A stretch of DNA of 64,000 nt from Candidatus Iainarchaeum sp. (GTDB lineage Archaea > Iainarchaeota > Iainarchaeia > Iainarchaeales > JAAZKV01). The notes under the pieces were generated by a model. It worked only from the letters and a program-made list of their open reading frames with translations, ran no database searches and was not told where the DNA came from. Of the stretch, positions 61,906 through 64,000 are shown piece by piece. The translations under genes were made by a program, and so were the position numbers. The stretch covers positions 96,001 through 160,000 of the forward strand of contig JAPLVR010000003.1 of assembly GCA_026397015.1 (NCBI GenBank). Direction: 5' to 3'. Each line of letters opens with the position of its first letter. Position 1 is the first letter of the stretch.

Positions 61906-63999
61906 TTACAATTTAACTCTTTTCAGAAGCAACGCATTTGAAACGACCGAAACGCTTGAAAGCGCCATCGCACCGCCAGCAATTGCGGGAGAAAGAAGCA
62001 ATCCGAAAGAGGGGTAAAATATTCCTGCCGCAACGGTTATTCCCGCAACGTTATAAATCAGCGCCCAAAAAAGATTTTGCTTTATTTTGTCCATTGTCGC
62101 CCTGCCAAGTTTCAGTGCGCGGGAAATATCAAGGGGGTCGCTTCTCATCAAAACAATAGAGCCGGCTTCGATTGCGACATCTGTTCCTGCGCCTATTGCG
62201 ATTCCGATGTCCGCCTGTGCCAAAGCGGGCGCATCATTTATCCCGTCGCCGACCATCGCGACTTTTTTTCCCTCGCTCTGAAGCTTTTTTACATATTCAG
62301 CCTTCTCCGCAGGCATTACTTCTGAAAAATAGTTTTCGATTCCGACTTTTTTTGAAATTGCGGAAGTGACGCGCTCGTTGTCTCCGCTTATCAGCCATAC
62401 TTCTAGCCCCAATTTTTTAAGCTCAGCTATTGCGGAAGCGCTGTTTTTCCGCAAAACATCCGCTACCCCAATCACAGCAGTTGTTTCGCCGTTTTCTTTC
62501 AAAACAACTGCAGTTTTCCCTTCCTCTTCTATCGCCGCCAATGCTTCCAGCACTTCCTTTCCTTCATTCGTGCCTGCCTTTCCTAAAAACAATTTTTTCT
62601 TTCCGATAATCCCTTCAACGCCGACTCCATGAATTGCCCTGAATTTTTGCATCTTCAGCAAAGAGGCTTTCTTCTTGGAAGCATAACCAATAATTGCGCC
62701 TGCTAATGGGTGCTCGGAATTTTTTTCAAGCGAATAGGCAAAGGAAAGCGCCTCTTTTGCCTTTTGCTTTTCAAAAACGATAAAATCGACTACCTCGGGC
62801 TTTCCTTCTGTTATCGTGCCGGTTTTGTCTAGAACAACCGTGTTTATTTTGTAGGCGGATTCGAGCGCCTGCGCATTTTTTATCAGAATTCCTTTTTGCG
62901 CGCCTATGCCTGTCCCAACTATTATCGCCGTTGGTGTGGCCAGCCCAAGCGCACAAGGGCATGCAATTACGATGACAGAAACTGAAATAAGAAGGGCAAA
63001 TGAAAAGGACTGCCCTAAAACAAAGTACCAGATAAAGAAAGCGACAAGCGCAATAAGTATTACCGTTGGAACAAAATATGCGCTTACCCTGTCGGCAAAG
63101 CGCTGGATTTCGGCTTTGCTCGCCTGCGCCTCGGCGACGATTTTCACAATACCGGCAAGCACGGTTTCTTTTCCAACCTTCTTGACCCTAAATTTGAAGG
63201 CGCCGCCCTTATTTATCGACCCTGCAAAAATCCTCACCCCCTTGCCGACTTCTACCGGAATGCTTTCCCCTGTGAGCATGCTCTGGTCAATTGATGATTC
63301 GCCCTCAACAACAAACCCGTCAACCGGAATTTTTCCGCCGGGTTTCACAAAAACAATATCCCCTATAACAACTTCTTCAATCGGCAGAACAACTTCTTTT
63401 CCAGCCCTTAATACAATCGCTGTTTTTGGCGCGAGGTTGAGAAGTTTCTTTATCGCTTCGCCCGTCCTTCCTTTTACAAGCGCTTCAAGGTATTTTCCCG
63501 CAATAACGAATGTTATCAGGATTGCGGAAATTTCAAAGTATTGCTCTGTTGCGAAGCCAAGAAGGGCTGCGACGCTGTAAAAGTAAGAGGCGCTGGTTCC
63601 GATTGCGATGAGTGTGTCCATGTTCGAGGTTTTGTTTTCCAGAGCCTTCCACGCGCCAGAATAGAATCTCCAGCCGACGCCGAACTGAACGACGCTCGTG
63701 AAAGCAAAAAGAAGAAGCATTCTGAATGGAAAATCCATCAGGTACATTCCGAGCAGAACGGTGGGAACGGAAAAAATAATGCTTATCAACAGTGAAAATT
63801 TCAATTCACTTATTTCCTTGGATTTGAATTCGGCTGCATGGTCTCGTCCGGAATGGGAATACCCTTCATTGGCAATTGCCTTGTAGCCTGCCGCCTCTAT
63901 GACGCTGATTATTTTTTTCTCGTCAACCAGCGATTCGTCAAATTCTACAACAGCCTTCTCGGAAGCGAAACTTGCATTTGCGCTTTTGACACCCTCAAG
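61906..63999 (-). CDS. copA: Heavy-metal (Cu+) P1B-type ATPase, 5'-partial at the window edge
   Basis: TGES, ACPCALG, DKTGT, EHP, GDGINDAPAL, YN and MALSS motifs. The frame stays open from 63804 to the edge and encodes the tail of an HMA domain (GVKSANASFASEKAVV..AGY). Confidence 0.95.
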   Translation of the reverse strand, partial: LEGVKSANASFASEKAVVEFDESLVDEKKIISVIEAAGYKAIANEGYSHSGRDHAAEFKSKEISELKFSLLISIIFSVPTVLLGMYLMDFPFRMLLLFAFTSVVQFGVGWRFYSGAWKALENKTSNMDTLIAIGTSASYFYSVAALLGFATEQYFEISAILITFVIAGKYLEALVKGRTGEAIKKLLNLAPKTAIVLRAGKEVVLPIEEVVIGDIVFVKPGGKIPVDGFVVEGESSIDQSMLTGESIPVEVGKGVRIFAGSINKGGAFKFRVKKVGKETVLAGIVKIVAEAQASKAEIQRFADRVSAYFVPTVILIALVAFFIWYFVLGQSFSFALLISVSVIVIACPCALGLATPTAIIVGTGIGAQKGILIKNAQALESAYKINTVVLDKTGTITEGKPEVVDFIVFEKQKAKEALSFAYSLEKNSEHPLAGAIIGYASKKKASLLKMQKFRAIHGVGVEGIIGKKKLFLGKAGTNEGKEVLEALAAIEEEGKTAVVLKENGETTAVIGVADVLRKNSASAIAELKKLGLEVWLISGDNERVTSAISKKVGIENYFSEVMPAEKAEYVKKLQSEGKKVAMVGDGINDAPALAQADIGIAIGAGTDVAIEAGSIVLMRSDPLDISRALKLGRATMDKIKQNLFWALIYNVAGITVAAGIFYPSFGLLLSPAIAGGAMALSSVSVVSNALLLKRVKL

Positions 64000-64000
64000 C

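Overview
Archaeal chromosomal segment, most consistent with a DPANN-type lineage such as Iainarchaeota/Diapherotrites or Micrarchaeota (inferred from gene style and content, not verifiable here). About 38 kb of the 64 kb encodes five paralogous giant proteins of 2261-2984 aa. Each has a conserved short N-terminal motif, one N-terminal membrane anchor, tandem Ig-like or carboxypeptidase-regulatory-like beta-sandwiches, a variable middle region, and (in most copies) a conserved Cys/Trp-rich C-terminal domain. In three of the five the variable region carries Gly-rich hydrophobic hairpins. The giants are interspersed with an archaeosortase/exosortase, a class III signal-peptide (pilin-like) protein, a run of small paralogous membrane proteins and a catalytically degenerate HerA/VirB4-like ATPase. 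Together these are a candidate undescribed surface or host-contact apparatus. The window also holds two toxin-antitoxin pairs, a ~90-bp IS200/IS605-type non-autonomous element, a family of intergenic palindromic repeats, a frameshifted HD-GYP gene, an ABC-2 exporter, trkA/trkH, polB, map, hisS, a degenerate rpiA, a partial copA and five tRNAs. All calls come from reading motifs by eye; no searches were run.
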